A stretch of 64,000 nt of DNA from an uncultured Chloroflexia bacterium (lineage in GTDB: Bacteria; Chloroflexota; Limnocylindria; Limnocylindrales; CSP1-4), in contig CAVQJC010000001.1 in assembly GCA_963712745.1 (NCBI GenBank), forward strand, positions 224,001 through 288,000. Reading direction: 5' to 3'. Positions 21,626-33,709 of this stretch are shown one piece after another. The notes under the pieces are model-generated. The model did not search any database. It was not told the origin of the DNA and saw nothing but the letters and a program-made list of their open reading frames with translations. The stretch's first letter is position 1. Each line of letters begins with the position of its first letter. The translations under genes and the position numbers were made by a program.

Positions 21626-24600
21626 CCGGCGGGCATGCCCTCGGCGTCCGCCGCCTCCTCCCGGGGCCCTCCGCCGAGGCGCTCGCGGAACCCGACCTTG
21701 GCGCCATCCACGAGCGAGTAGAGCACCGGGATGACGATGAGGGTCAGGAACGTCGAGGTGAACAGGCCGCCGATGACGACCACGGCCAGCTCTTCCGCGA
21801 TGACGGACCCGTGAGCCATGCCCGCCGCCACCGGGGTCAGCGCCAGGATGGTGGCGATGGCGGTCATCAGGATGGGCCGCACGCGGACGCGGCCGCCGCC
21901 GATGAGCGCGTCGTATGTCGACTTGCCCTTCGCGCGCAGCTGCTCCACGAAGTCGAGCAGCACGATGGCGTTGGTGACCACGATGCCGATGAGCATGAGG
22001 AAGCCGACCATGGCGCTGATGCCCAGGGGGTTGCCGCTGATGAGCAGCGCCGGGATGGCACCGATGAGCGCCAGCGGCAGGCTGAAGAGGATGATGAAGG
22101 GCGTGATGAGCGAGCCCAGGGCCAGCACCATCACGATGTAGACCACGAGGATGGCGACGCCCATCGAGAAGAACAGCGACCCGAAGGCCTCGGTCATCTC
22201 GGCCGTGGTCCCTGCGAAGGTGGTCTCGATGGAAACGGGGATCTGCTGCTCTTCGTACAGGGCATCGATGCGTTCCTGGGCCTCCCGCGAGACCGCACCG
22301 GTGTCCTCCGAGGTGATGTCGGCGGTGACGGTGGCGGCTGGTGAGCCGTTCACCCGGGTCACCGTGCCACGCACCTCGACCACCTCGACAGCGGCGACTT
22401 TGCCCAGCGGCGCGCTGCCGGCCATGCCGCTGACGGGCATCTGGCGCAGGCCCTCTACCGAGTCCACTCCCGCATCCGACACGCGCAGCCGCGTCTCGAG
22501 CGGGCTGCCGTCCTCGAGCGTATAGGTGCCGATGGATTGGCCGACCAGCACGCTTCGGATCTCGGTGCCGACCTGGGCGGTGGTGGATCCGATCATCATG
22601 GCCGCGTTGGGATCGACCGCGACCGAGATCTGTGGGGCAGCCGCCACCGCGTCACTGGCCACGTTGTCGATGCCGCCCATGGTCGCCAGGTCGGCCACGA
22701 TGACGTCGCTGGCGGCCTTGATCTCCTCGGGGTCGGTGCCGCTCACCACGATGGCCAGGCCGGTACCGCCCATCAGGTCCTGCTGGGCCACGACCACGTC
22801 GTAGCCGTCGGTCGAGAGGTGCTCAAGGTCGGTCTTGATCCGCTCACGGCTGGCCTCGAGGTCGGAGTCCTCGGCCAGGCGCACGGTCATCACCGCACTG
22901 TTGGGCGCGCGACCGGCGAAGGCAGCCTGCACGGCCTGCGAGCCGGTGTCGGCTTCACCCGGGATGGTGGACATGACCATCTCCACGCCGTCGGTGTCCA
23001 TCAGGACCCGCTCGGCCTCGAGGGCCTTGTCCTGGACGCCGGCCGTGGATCCGCCCTGGGGCGGCGAGATGGTCACCTGGACGAGGTTCTCTCCGCCGGT
23101 ATCGATGAAGGCCGTAGGCAGGCCGGCGGCGAGGCCCATGGCCACCACGAAGAGGGCGGTGGCGACGGCCAGCGTCACCCACTTGGTGAGGCGACCGCGC
23201 AGCGCCAGCATCAGGACCGGCGTGTAGAGGCGTTGCCAGATGGTCTCCGGCAGCTCACCGTCGGGCCCCAGCTGGACCTTGACCTTGTCGATGAAGAGGT
23301 ATGCCAGCACCGGAATCACGGTCAGGGCCACGATGAGCGAGGCCAGCAGGGCGAAGGTCACGGCCAACCCGAAGTCGAGGAAGAACTGGCTGACCAGGCC
23401 ACCCACGAACCCGATGGGCAGGAATACCGCCACCGTGGTGACGGTGCTGGCGGTGATGGCCTTGGCCACCTCCCTGGTGCCGTTGATGACGGCGTCGCCG
23501 GTCTCGTCCCCCAGGCCCTTGTGGCGATAGATGTTCTCGAGGACGACGATGGAGTCGTCCACGACCCGGCCCACCGCGACCGTCAAGCCGCTCAGGGTCA
23601 GGATGTTGATGGTCAGGCCGAAGAGGCCGAAGGTGGCGATGGCGGTGAAGAGGGAGAGCGGGATGCTGATGGCCGCCACCAGCGTGGTGCGCACGCTGCG
23701 CAGGAAGACGAAGATGACGAGGATGGCGAAGAGCCCGCCCAGCAGGCCCTCCTGCAACAGACCTGCTACCGACTCGGTGATGAAGACCGCCTGGTCGGTG
23801 ATGGTCTCGATGACGATGACCTCTCCGTGCTCCGCAAGAGCCTTCTTGAAGACGGCCTCGACGTCAGCCGAGAGCTGGACGGTGTTGGCCCCGGATGACT
23901 TGGAGACGCTCAGCGTGAGCGACGGCTGCCCGTTGGTGCGGGCGTAGCCGGAGGTATTGACCGCTCGCTCCTCGATGGTGGCGATGTCGGCCAGCGTGAT
24001 GGGCAGGGGAATACTCGCCAGCGCCTCGGTCAGGCTGCTCAGGTCAGGCAGGGAGAAGAGTCCGCCCGCCGGCGCCTTGTCCTCTTCGGCCGGTGGCTCC
24101 TGTGTCGGCTCAGCTGCCGGCTCCTCCGGTACCGCTTGCTCCTCGCGCACGGCGGGCGTGCGCGCGCCCACGACCTGACGCTCCAGTTCGGCCACGGAGG
24201 TATAGGCGTGCTGGGTCGATACCGGCAAGCGCAGTTCGCCGTCATCGATGGAGCCCGAAGGCAGGGTGATCTGGTTGGCCAGCAGGATGCCCTGGACCTG
24301 CTGGAGCGAGATGCCGTTCTCGGCCATGGCCACGGGGTCGAGCACGATGTCGAGCAGGGGCGTAGATCCGCCGGTGAGTTCGGCGGCTGAGACGCCGTCG
24401 ATGCCCTGGAGCGCAGGCAGGATCTCTTCGCGAGCGATGCGCGCCGCCTCGACCGCATCGCCACCTTCGGCGGCGCCGATGGTGGCCGTGACCACCGGCA
24501 GGTCGTCGATGCCGAAGGAGTTCACGGTCGGTGACACGCCCTCCGGCAGCCGCACCGCGTCGACCGCTCGTTCCACCTCGGCGGTGGCTTCCTTGATATC

Positions 24601-24900
24601 GGTGCCGAAGTCGAACTCGGCGAACACCAGGGACATCGAGTTGGCCGAGGACGACTGCGTCCCCTCGAGGCGGGGCACGTTCACCAGCGCCCGCTCCACC
24701 GGCTCGGTCACCTGCGTGGCCACGTCCTCCGCGCCGGCCCCCGGCATGGGCGTGATGACCATCACGAAGGGCAGCTCCATGTCCGGGATCAGCTCCTGCT
24801 TGAGGCTGGTCCACGAGAACGCGCCGGCCAGGAAGATGCCGATCGCCAGCAGGATGACGACGCTCTTCTGCTTGAGCGAGAACTCGGTCAGGCGGATCAT
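21622..24900 (-). CDS. RND efflux permease (AcrB/SwrC-like), copy 1
   Basis: 1092 aa. AVGRVVDDSIVVLENI, GIVVTNAIVL, RVRPILMTA. Confidence 0.95.
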   Translation of the reverse strand: MIRLTEFSLKQKSVVILLAIGIFLAGAFSWTSLKQELIPDMELPFVMVITPMPGAGAEDVATQVTEPVERALVNVPRLEGTQSSSANSMSLVFAEFDFGTDIKEATAEVERAVDAVRLPEGVSPTVNSFGIDDLPVVTATIGAAEGGDAVEAARIAREEILPALQGIDGVSAAELTGGSTPLLDIVLDPVAMAENGISLQQVQGILLANQITLPSGSIDDGELRLPVSTQHAYTSVAELERQVVGARTPAVREEQAVPEEPAAEPTQEPPAEEDKAPAGGLFSLPDLSSLTEALASIPLPITLADIATIEERAVNTSGYARTNGQPSLTLSVSKSSGANTVQLSADVEAVFKKALAEHGEVIVIETITDQAVFITESVAGLLQEGLLGGLFAILVIFVFLRSVRTTLVAAISIPLSLFTAIATFGLFGLTINILTLSGLTVAVGRVVDDSIVVLENIYRHKGLGDETGDAVINGTREVAKAITASTVTTVAVFLPIGFVGGLVSQFFLDFGLAVTFALLASLIVALTVIPVLAYLFIDKVKVQLGPDGELPETIWQRLYTPVLMLALRGRLTKWVTLAVATALFVVAMGLAAGLPTAFIDTGGENLVQVTISPPQGGSTAGVQDKALEAERVLMDTDGVEMVMSTIPGEADTGSQAVQAAFAGRAPNSAVMTVRLAEDSDLEASRERIKTDLEHLSTDGYDVVVAQQDLMGGTGLAIVVSGTDPEEIKAASDVIVADLATMGGIDNVASDAVAAAPQISVAVDPNAAMMIGSTTAQVGTEIRSVLVGQSIGTYTLEDGSPLETRLRVSDAGVDSVEGLRQMPVSGMAGSAPLGKVAAVEVVEVRGTVTRVNGSPAATVTADITSEDTGAVSREAQERIDALYEEQQIPVSIETTFAGTTAEMTEAFGSLFFSMGVAILVVYIVMVLALGSLITPFIILFSLPLALIGAIPALLISGNPLGISAMVGFLMLIGIVVTNAIVLLDFVEQLRAKGKSTYDALIGGGRVRVRPILMTAIATILALTPVAAGMAHGSVIAEELAVVVIGGLFTSTFLTLIVIPVLYSLVDGAKVGFRERLGGGPREEAADAEGMPAG

Positions 24901-25403
24901 GCGGGTGTCCTTTCGTGGGTGGCGCTGGCATGGCTGGACCGGTCGGCGCGGCCGGCTTGGCGTTCGAGCGCGGCGATGCCCACGAGGAGCGCCTCGAGCT
25001 CGGGTATGGAGAGACCGCCGAGCAGCTCGGCAAGTCGGTCGGCGCTGAACTGGCGGAAGCGTTCGATGACCTCGCCACCGGCCTCGGTCACCGAGACCAG
25101 CTGCTGGCGACGGTCATGGGCGTCCTCGCGACGGGCCAGGTAGCCGTGCTCTACCAGGCGGTCGACGAGGGCGCTGGCGGCGGAGGGCCCGACGTGGAGC
25201 TGGGCCGCCAGCCCGGACATGGATATGCCGGGGTGGAGCGAGCTCACGAAGAGGCACTTGGCCTGCGACATGGTCACGTCGATGCCGAGGATGCCCGGCT
25301 CCTGCCACAGCGCCGCCTGGCGCATGAAGGAGCGGAAGTGATCGAGGATCGCGTCGACCGTATCGGCGACGTCCGCGTCGGTCACGCCAGAGGTTCTCTT
25401 CAT
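24897..25403 (-). CDS. MarR family transcriptional regulator
   Basis: VTMSQAK, SALVDRLVEHGYLARREDAHDRRQQLVSVTEAG. Overlaps the RND start (ATGA). Confidence 0.9.
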   Translation of the reverse strand: MKRTSGVTDADVADTVDAILDHFRSFMRQAALWQEPGILGIDVTMSQAKCLFVSSLHPGISMSGLAAQLHVGPSAASALVDRLVEHGYLARREDAHDRRQQLVSVTEAGGEVIERFRQFSADRLAELLGGLSIPELEALLVGIAALERQAGRADRSSHASATHERTPA

Positions 25404-25406
25404 CTA

Positions 25407-25449
25407 TACAGTTCTAGCTTTGCGAATACTTCGCATCGTTCGAACTGTA
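25407..25449. promoter_or_regulatory. Probable MarR operator
   Basis: Nested IRs tacagttc...gaactgta and tgcgaa-tac-ttcgca. ACTTCG-N7-CGAACT at 25428-25446. Confidence 0.6.
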
Positions 25450-25515
25450 CTCAGCAGACGAATGACCTGCACCGGGCCGGACGTCCCTTTTCGAGCGGGC
25501 CGCAGGTACCACAAG

Positions 25516-25542
25516 GCCCGGTCGCTCCAGGCGACCGGGCCC
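25516..25542 (-). terminator. Hairpin after RND copy 2
   Basis: ggcccggtcgc-tccag-gcgaccgggcc. Confidence 0.6.
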
Positions 25543-25562
25543 TGGCTGCCGTTGCGAGGTGG

Positions 25563-25623
25563 GGCTGGCGTCAACCTCCGGCTGGCGTCAACCTCCGGCT
25601 GGCATCAACCTCCGGCTGGCATC
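25563..25623. repeat. 17-bp tandem repeat (about 3.5 copies) spanning the RND copy 2 stop codon
   Basis: Unit ggctggc(g/a)tcaacctcc. Confidence 0.85.
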
Positions 25624-28600
25624 GGCTCGGCGGGTGCCTCGGACGGATCCTCGTCGTCGGGACCGCTGCGCATGAAGCGCTGGCGGAAACCGTCCTTGCC
25701 ACCGTCCACGAGGGAGTAGATGACCGGCACCACCATCAGCGTCAGGAACGTCGAGCTGAACAGGCCGCCGATGACGACCGTGGCCAGCTCTTCCGCGATG
25801 ATCGAGCCGTGGGCGAAGCCGATGGCCACCGGCGAGAGGGCCAGGATGGTGGCGATGGCGGTCATCAGGATGGGCCGCACGCGGGTGTTGGCGCCACGCA
25901 CGAGGGCGTCGTGGTTGGAGTGGCCCTGCTTCTTGAGCTGCTCCACGAAGTCGAGCAGCACGATGGCGTTGGTGACCACGATGCCGATGAGCATGAGGAA
26001 GCCGATCAGGGCGCTGATGCCCAGGGGGTTGCCGCTGATGAGCAGCGCCGGGATGGCGCCGATGATCGCCAGTGGCAGGCTGAAGAGGATGATGAAGGGC
26101 GTGATGAGCGAGCCCAGGGCCAGCACCATCACGATGTAGACCACGAGGATGGCCACGCCCATCGAGAAGAACAGGCCACCAAAGGCCTCAGCCTGCTCGG
26201 CCGTGGCACCGGCGAAGGTGACTTCCACCCCTTCGGGGATCTGGCCCTCTTCCTCCAGAGCCTTGATGTGGGACTCTGCTTCGGCGGAGACGCCGGCCAG
26301 GTCCGCGCCGATGATGTCCCCCGAGACGGTGGCCGCCGGCGAGCCGTCGACCCGCGTGACCGTGCCTCGCACCTCGACCTGGTCGACCGTGGCGACCTCG
26401 CCCAGCGTGGACATCCCGGCCATGCCGGAGACAGGCATGGCCCGCAGGCCCTCGACACCGTCGACGGTGGCGTCGTCGACGCGCAGGATGGTGGTGACGG
26501 TCGTGCCGTCCTCGAGCTCGTAGGAGCCGATGGGCTGGCCCACCAGCACGTCCCTGATCTGACCTCCGATCTGTGCCGTGGAGGAGCCGATGAGCGCCGC
26601 CTTGTTGGGGTCGACCACGACCGCCACCTGGGGCGTCTCGGAGACCGCGTCGCTCTCCACGTTGTCGAGGTCCTCCATGGTCGAGAGCTCGACCACGATG
26701 GCGTTGGCCGCCTGTTCGATCTCGACCGGGTCCTGCCCGCTGACGACGATCTGCAAGCCGCCCCCGCCGCCGAAGGCGTCCTGTTCCGAGACGGCCACAT
26801 CGAAGCCGTCCGTGGAGATGGGCTGGAGGTCCTCCTTGATCTGCTCGCGGGCAACCTCGAGGTCGATGTCGTCCTTGAGGCGGACCGTGATGATGGCGCT
26901 GTTGGAGGCCCGGCCGGAGAAGGCGGCCTGCAGCGCCTGAGCGCCGGTGTCGGCCTCGCCGGGGATGGTCGACTGGACCAGCTCGACGTCGTCGTTGGCG
27001 AGCAGGATCTCCTCAGCCTCGAGCGTCTTGTCCTGGACACCCGCGGTCGATGCACCCTGTGGCGGCGAGACGGTGATGGTCAGGAAGTTCTCGCCGCCAG
27101 CATCGACGAACGCGGTGGGCAGCAGCGGCGCGAGGGCCATGGCCACCACGAAGAGGGCAGCCGCGATGGCCAAGGTGCCCCACTTGGTGAGGCGGTTCTT
27201 GAGGGCCACCACGAGCACCGGCGTGTAGAGCCGTTGCCAGATGGTCATCTTGGGCTCGCCGGTCTCGTCGAACTCGATGTCGACCTTGTCCACGAACCAG
27301 TAGGCCAGCACCGGGATGACGGTCAGCGCCACCAGTAGCGAGGCCAGCAGGGCAAAAGTCACGGCCAGGCCGAAAGGCAGGAAGAACTGGCTGACGATGC
27401 CGCCGACGAAGCCGATGGGCAGGAAGACCGCGGCGGTGGTCACCGTCGAGCTGGTGATGGCGCCGGCCACCTCCTTGGTGCCGGTGATGACCGAGTCATG
27501 CACCGAATCACCCAGGCCGCGATGACGGTAGATGTTCTCGAGGACGACGATGGAGTCGTCCACGACTCTGCCGACCGCGACCGCCAGACCTCCCAGCGTG
27601 AGGATGTTGATGGTCAGCCCGAACACGCCGAACACGGCGATGGCCAGGAAGATCGACAGGGGGATGCTGATGGCGGCCACCAGCGTGGTGCGCGCGCTGC
27701 GCAGGAAGATGTAGATGACGAGGACCGCGAAGAGGGCTCCCAGCAGGCCTTCCTGGACGAGACCCTGGGTCGACTCCTCGATGAAGATGGCCTGGTTCTG
27801 GATGGTGTTGATGCCGATGACGTCGCCGTTCTCTTCGAGCGCCTTCTTGAAGACCGCCTCGACCTCGTTCGCGACCTCGACGGTGTTGGCCCCCGACTGC
27901 TTGGTGATGCTGAGCGTCAGCGAGGGCTGGCCGTTGGTTCGCGCGTAGCCGGAGACCTGCACCTCCTGCGGCTCGATGGTGGCGATCTCGCCGAGCGTGA
28001 CCGGCTGCGGGATCTGCGCGAGGGCCTGGGCCAGGGAGCCGAGGTCGGGCAGCTCGAAGAGGCTGCCGCTGCCCTCATCCGCAGCGGCTTCCTCGTCCGG
28101 GGGAACCTCTCCCCCACCCTGCCCGACGGGAGGCATGCCCGCGGCTGCGGCGGCTGCCCCCGGGGTGCGCGCGCCGACCACGAGGCCTTCCAGCTCCTCG
28201 ACCGAGGTGAACTCGTGCAGCGTGCTCACCGGCAGGCGCAGGCCGCCCTCGTCGATGGCCCCCGAGGGGATGGTGATCTGGTTGGCGAAGAGGATGCCCT
28301 GGACCTGCTGCAGGCTGATGCCCGTGTCGGCCATGGCCACCGGGTCAAGGACGATGTCGAGGATGGGCGTGGGGCCGCCGGTCAGATCGACCGTGGAGAC
28401 GCCGTCGATGCCCTGTAGCGCCGGCACGACCTCGTTGCGGGCGATCTCCGCCGCTTCGGTGGGATCGGCACCCTCGACGGGGCCGATGGTGGCGACGACG
28501 ATGGGCTGGCTGTTGAAGTCGAAGGAGCTGACCTGGGGCACGCTGCCCTGGGGCAGGTCCAGCTGACCTACCGCCTGCTCGACCTCGGTCAGCGTCTCCC

Positions 28601-28907
28601 TGAGGTCGGTGCCGAAGTCGAACTCGGCAAAGACCAGCGAGAGCGAGCTGCCCGAAGTCGACTGCACCGTCTGCAGCCGCGGGATGTTGGAGATGGCCCC
28701 TTCCACCGGTTCGGTGACCTGGGCCGCCACGTCCTCGGCGCCGGCACCGGGCACGGGCGTGATGATGGTCACGAACGGGAACTCGATGTCGGGCAACAAC
28801 TCCTGGCGGAGGGAGTTCCAGGAGAAGAGGCCGGCAAGCAGCACGCCCACCGCCAGGAGGATGATGACGCTCTTCTCCCTGACGGCGAACTGAGTCAGGC
28901 GGATCAT
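25605..28907 (-). CDS. RND efflux permease (AcrB/SwrC-like), copy 2
   Basis: 1100 aa with the same motifs; clear paralogue of copy 1. Confidence 0.95.
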   Translation of the reverse strand: MIRLTQFAVREKSVIILLAVGVLLAGLFSWNSLRQELLPDIEFPFVTIITPVPGAGAEDVAAQVTEPVEGAISNIPRLQTVQSTSGSSLSLVFAEFDFGTDLRETLTEVEQAVGQLDLPQGSVPQVSSFDFNSQPIVVATIGPVEGADPTEAAEIARNEVVPALQGIDGVSTVDLTGGPTPILDIVLDPVAMADTGISLQQVQGILFANQITIPSGAIDEGGLRLPVSTLHEFTSVEELEGLVVGARTPGAAAAAAGMPPVGQGGGEVPPDEEAAADEGSGSLFELPDLGSLAQALAQIPQPVTLGEIATIEPQEVQVSGYARTNGQPSLTLSITKQSGANTVEVANEVEAVFKKALEENGDVIGINTIQNQAIFIEESTQGLVQEGLLGALFAVLVIYIFLRSARTTLVAAISIPLSIFLAIAVFGVFGLTINILTLGGLAVAVGRVVDDSIVVLENIYRHRGLGDSVHDSVITGTKEVAGAITSSTVTTAAVFLPIGFVGGIVSQFFLPFGLAVTFALLASLLVALTVIPVLAYWFVDKVDIEFDETGEPKMTIWQRLYTPVLVVALKNRLTKWGTLAIAAALFVVAMALAPLLPTAFVDAGGENFLTITVSPPQGASTAGVQDKTLEAEEILLANDDVELVQSTIPGEADTGAQALQAAFSGRASNSAIITVRLKDDIDLEVAREQIKEDLQPISTDGFDVAVSEQDAFGGGGGLQIVVSGQDPVEIEQAANAIVVELSTMEDLDNVESDAVSETPQVAVVVDPNKAALIGSSTAQIGGQIRDVLVGQPIGSYELEDGTTVTTILRVDDATVDGVEGLRAMPVSGMAGMSTLGEVATVDQVEVRGTVTRVDGSPAATVSGDIIGADLAGVSAEAESHIKALEEEGQIPEGVEVTFAGATAEQAEAFGGLFFSMGVAILVVYIVMVLALGSLITPFIILFSLPLAIIGAIPALLISGNPLGISALIGFLMLIGIVVTNAIVLLDFVEQLKKQGHSNHDALVRGANTRVRPILMTAIATILALSPVAIGFAHGSIIAEELATVVIGGLFSSTFLTLMVVPVIYSLVDGGKDGFRQRFMRSGPDDEDPSEAPAEPMPAGG

Positions 28908-29428
28908 GCAGGGGTCCTTTCGGGCTGGGCTTCGCGATCGCTGAGGGGCCGATGTGATGGGCCGGAGTCGTGGTCCCGGCTGGAAGTGTCGTCGAGATGC
29001 TGGACCTCACGGTCGAGCGCAGCGAGGCTGACTCGCAGCGCCTCCAGCTCGCCGGCATCGAGGCCCTTGAGCAGGCGTCGCATCAATCCGGTCTGCAGCT
29101 CGCGCATACGATCGAGGGCCATGGCGCCGGTCGTGGTGATGGTCACGAGCTGCTGGCGGCGGTCCCCGGGATCCTCGCGCCGTTCGACGTAGCCGAGCGT
29201 GACGAGACGGTCGACGAGACCGCTGACAGCAGGTGGCCCGACTCCGAGCCTGGCGGCGATGGCGGACATCGACATGCCCGGGTACAGCGAGACCAGATAG
29301 AGCATCTTCGCCTGCGGCATCGTCACATCGACGTCGAGGAACGCCGGCGTATGCGACTCCGCCGCATGGCGCAGCAAAACCTGGAAGCGGTCGAGGATCT
29401 GGTCCTCTACCGTCGTGGGGAGGGTCAC
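28904..29428 (-). CDS. MarR family transcriptional regulator (paralogue)
   Basis: VTMPQAK, SGLVDRLVTLGYVERREDPGDRRQQLVTIT. Confidence 0.9.
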   Translation of the reverse strand: MTLPTTVEDQILDRFQVLLRHAAESHTPAFLDVDVTMPQAKMLYLVSLYPGMSMSAIAARLGVGPPAVSGLVDRLVTLGYVERREDPGDRRQQLVTITTTGAMALDRMRELQTGLMRRLLKGLDAGELEALRVSLAALDREVQHLDDTSSRDHDSGPSHRPLSDREAQPERTPA

Positions 29429-29458
29429 GAGGTTTCGTTACCTGAGTTACTTGCCATT

Positions 29459-29477
29459 AGTTTACGCGCCACGAAGT
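29459..29477. promoter_or_regulatory. Possible MarR operator
   Basis: AGTTTA-N7-CGAAGT in AT-rich upstream DNA, same spacing as the site at 25428. Confidence 0.4.
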
Positions 29478-29578
29478 GTACGGCCATGTACGTTGCATGT
29501 CTATGGTTTGTCTAGTCCGACTGGCGTGGGCGCTTTCGGGAGACCTTGGGCGCTCCGGCCCGGTTCGGCTGCTGCCAC

Positions 29579-29726
29579 GTGCGCCCGGTGCACGACCTCG
29601 ACCATCCAGCGCCGCAGATCATCGGTTCCCGTTCACGCAGTGCACGTGATCGTCAATCCCGTGCACCAGGCGACCAGAGCCTGCGATCCCGGCGGGTCAG
29701 AGGTCGCGTTCGTGCACTTCTTGCAC
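29579..29726. repeat. Stem-loop element with reiterated GTGCAC motifs
   Basis: GTGCAC at 29588, 29640, 29661 and 29712, each paired with a variant hexamer 9 bp away. gtgcacgacctcgacc pairs with ggtcagaggtc...gtgcac. Confidence 0.55.
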
Positions 29727-29881
29727 AGGGCAGGTGACGAAGCCACGACCGGCACAGGGCAGGTGACGAAGCCACGACCGGGACAGGACAGCTGACGAAG
29801 CCATGACCGGCACAGGGCAGGTGACGAAGCCACGACCGGGACAGGACAGCTGACGAAGCCATGACCGGGACAGGACAGGTG
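29723..29881. repeat. 29-bp tandem repeat, about 5.5 copies, two unit types (A-A-B-A-B-partial)
   Basis: A=gcacagggcaggtgacgaagccacgaccg, B=ggacaggacagctgacgaagccatgaccg; no spacers. Confidence 0.92.
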
Positions 29882-29968
29882 CCTGAGCCGGCCAGCGACC
29901 CACTCCCCGCCTCCCACCGATCCGCCCCCTCAGCGAATCAGAAGGGGCTGTGCGCTCGCCGTGAACGG

Positions 29969-30005
29969 AAGAGGCCCGGCTGCTCGCTGGCGACCGGGCC
30001 TCTCG
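29969..30005 (-). terminator. Hairpin after ppdK
   Basis: agaggcccgg...ccgggcctct. Confidence 0.55.
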
Positions 30006-30017
30006 TGCGTGGCGGGG

Positions 30018-32769
<2,752 letters not shown>

Positions 32770-32962
32770 GTACAGGGTGACCTCAGGGTGTGGGCTGGCG
32801 GGCATGGGCTGCCGCAGCGTCGGTATCTGGACAACCCGAATGATACGGCACTCCAGCAGGTGGGCTACTGCCATCCGGCCCCCCGTGAGCCAGTCCCTGT
32901 GGCCGACTCCCAGGGTCCGCTCGGGATACACTGCCGGCTCCCCTGCCCCGCCGGAGAGACCG

Positions 32963-33646
32963 ATGACCGACCGACAAGCGACCGACACACGTGCGACCGA
33001 ACTCGAAGACCTGCAGCAGGCCGCGGAGGAGACCTGGGTGCGTGAGTTCCTGGCCGGGCCGACGCGCACAAGGCTGACCGAACTGCCGCCACAGGACGGC
33101 GACCCTGCGCCGGACCTGGAGTTGCCCGACGCGAGCGGGAGGCCACGCCGCCTGTCGGAGTTCTGGGCGGAGGGTCCGCTGCACCTGGTCTTCATGCGCC
33201 AGTTCGGCTGCGGCTGCCTGGCCGACCGCTGGGAGCAGCTGGAGCCGGCGCAGGCCCGCATCGCCCAGGCCGGAGCCACGCTGGTGGCCGTGTGCCAGGC
33301 CGATCCGGCCCGCGCCGCGGCCGTGGCCGAGCGACGTGGGTACCGTTTCCCGCTGCTATGCGACCCGCAGCTCAGGGCCTACCGGGCATACGGACTGCCC
33401 GAGGGCGTGCCGGCCACCATCACCCAGGATTTCCCCTGGCGGCCGGGCGACACCGAGACGGCCGAGCAGTGGACGGCCTCGAGGCGGGGCACCGAACGCG
33501 CGCTCGTCGACCACATGTGGCAGCTGCCCGGCGAGTTCGTGGTGGCCGCCGGCGGCCGCATCATCCTTGCTCACCGGGCCCAATACTGCGAGGACTTCCC
33601 CCTCACCGAGGTCATCTTGGGGGCGATCGCCGCCGCTCACGCGTAG
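32963..33646 (+). CDS. Peroxiredoxin-like AhpC/TSA family protein
   Basis: GDPAPDLELPDASG, VFMRQFGCGC, FPLLCDP..AYRAYG, QLPGEFVV. GGAG RBS. Confidence 0.75.
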   Translation: MTDRQATDTRATELEDLQQAAEETWVREFLAGPTRTRLTELPPQDGDPAPDLELPDASGRPRRLSEFWAEGPLHLVFMRQFGCGCLADRWEQLEPAQARIAQAGATLVAVCQADPARAAAVAERRGYRFPLLCDPQLRAYRAYGLPEGVPATITQDFPWRPGDTETAEQWTASRRGTERALVDHMWQLPGEFVVAAGGRIILAHRAQYCEDFPLTEVILGAIAAAHA

Positions 33647-33709
33647 GCGGGCGGGTCTCGGGCAGCCCGGCCGGGACCACTCGGTCGTTTGGGCCGTACA
33701 CTCAGGGTC

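Noticed and set aside
21626-22344. Long C-terminal extension of the DUF2277 protein
   Set aside because: Runs antisense to the RND gene; one extra C before CTAG explains the read-through.
24915-27338. Long plus-strand ORFs (807 aa here; also 30676..33045, 42218..44095, 55501..57600, 22537..23898)
   Set aside because: Antisense shadows of well-supported high-GC genes, with no recognisable motifs.
29723-29881. CRISPR array (29-bp repeats)
   Set aside because: Units are contiguous with no unique spacers, and there are no cas genes in the window.
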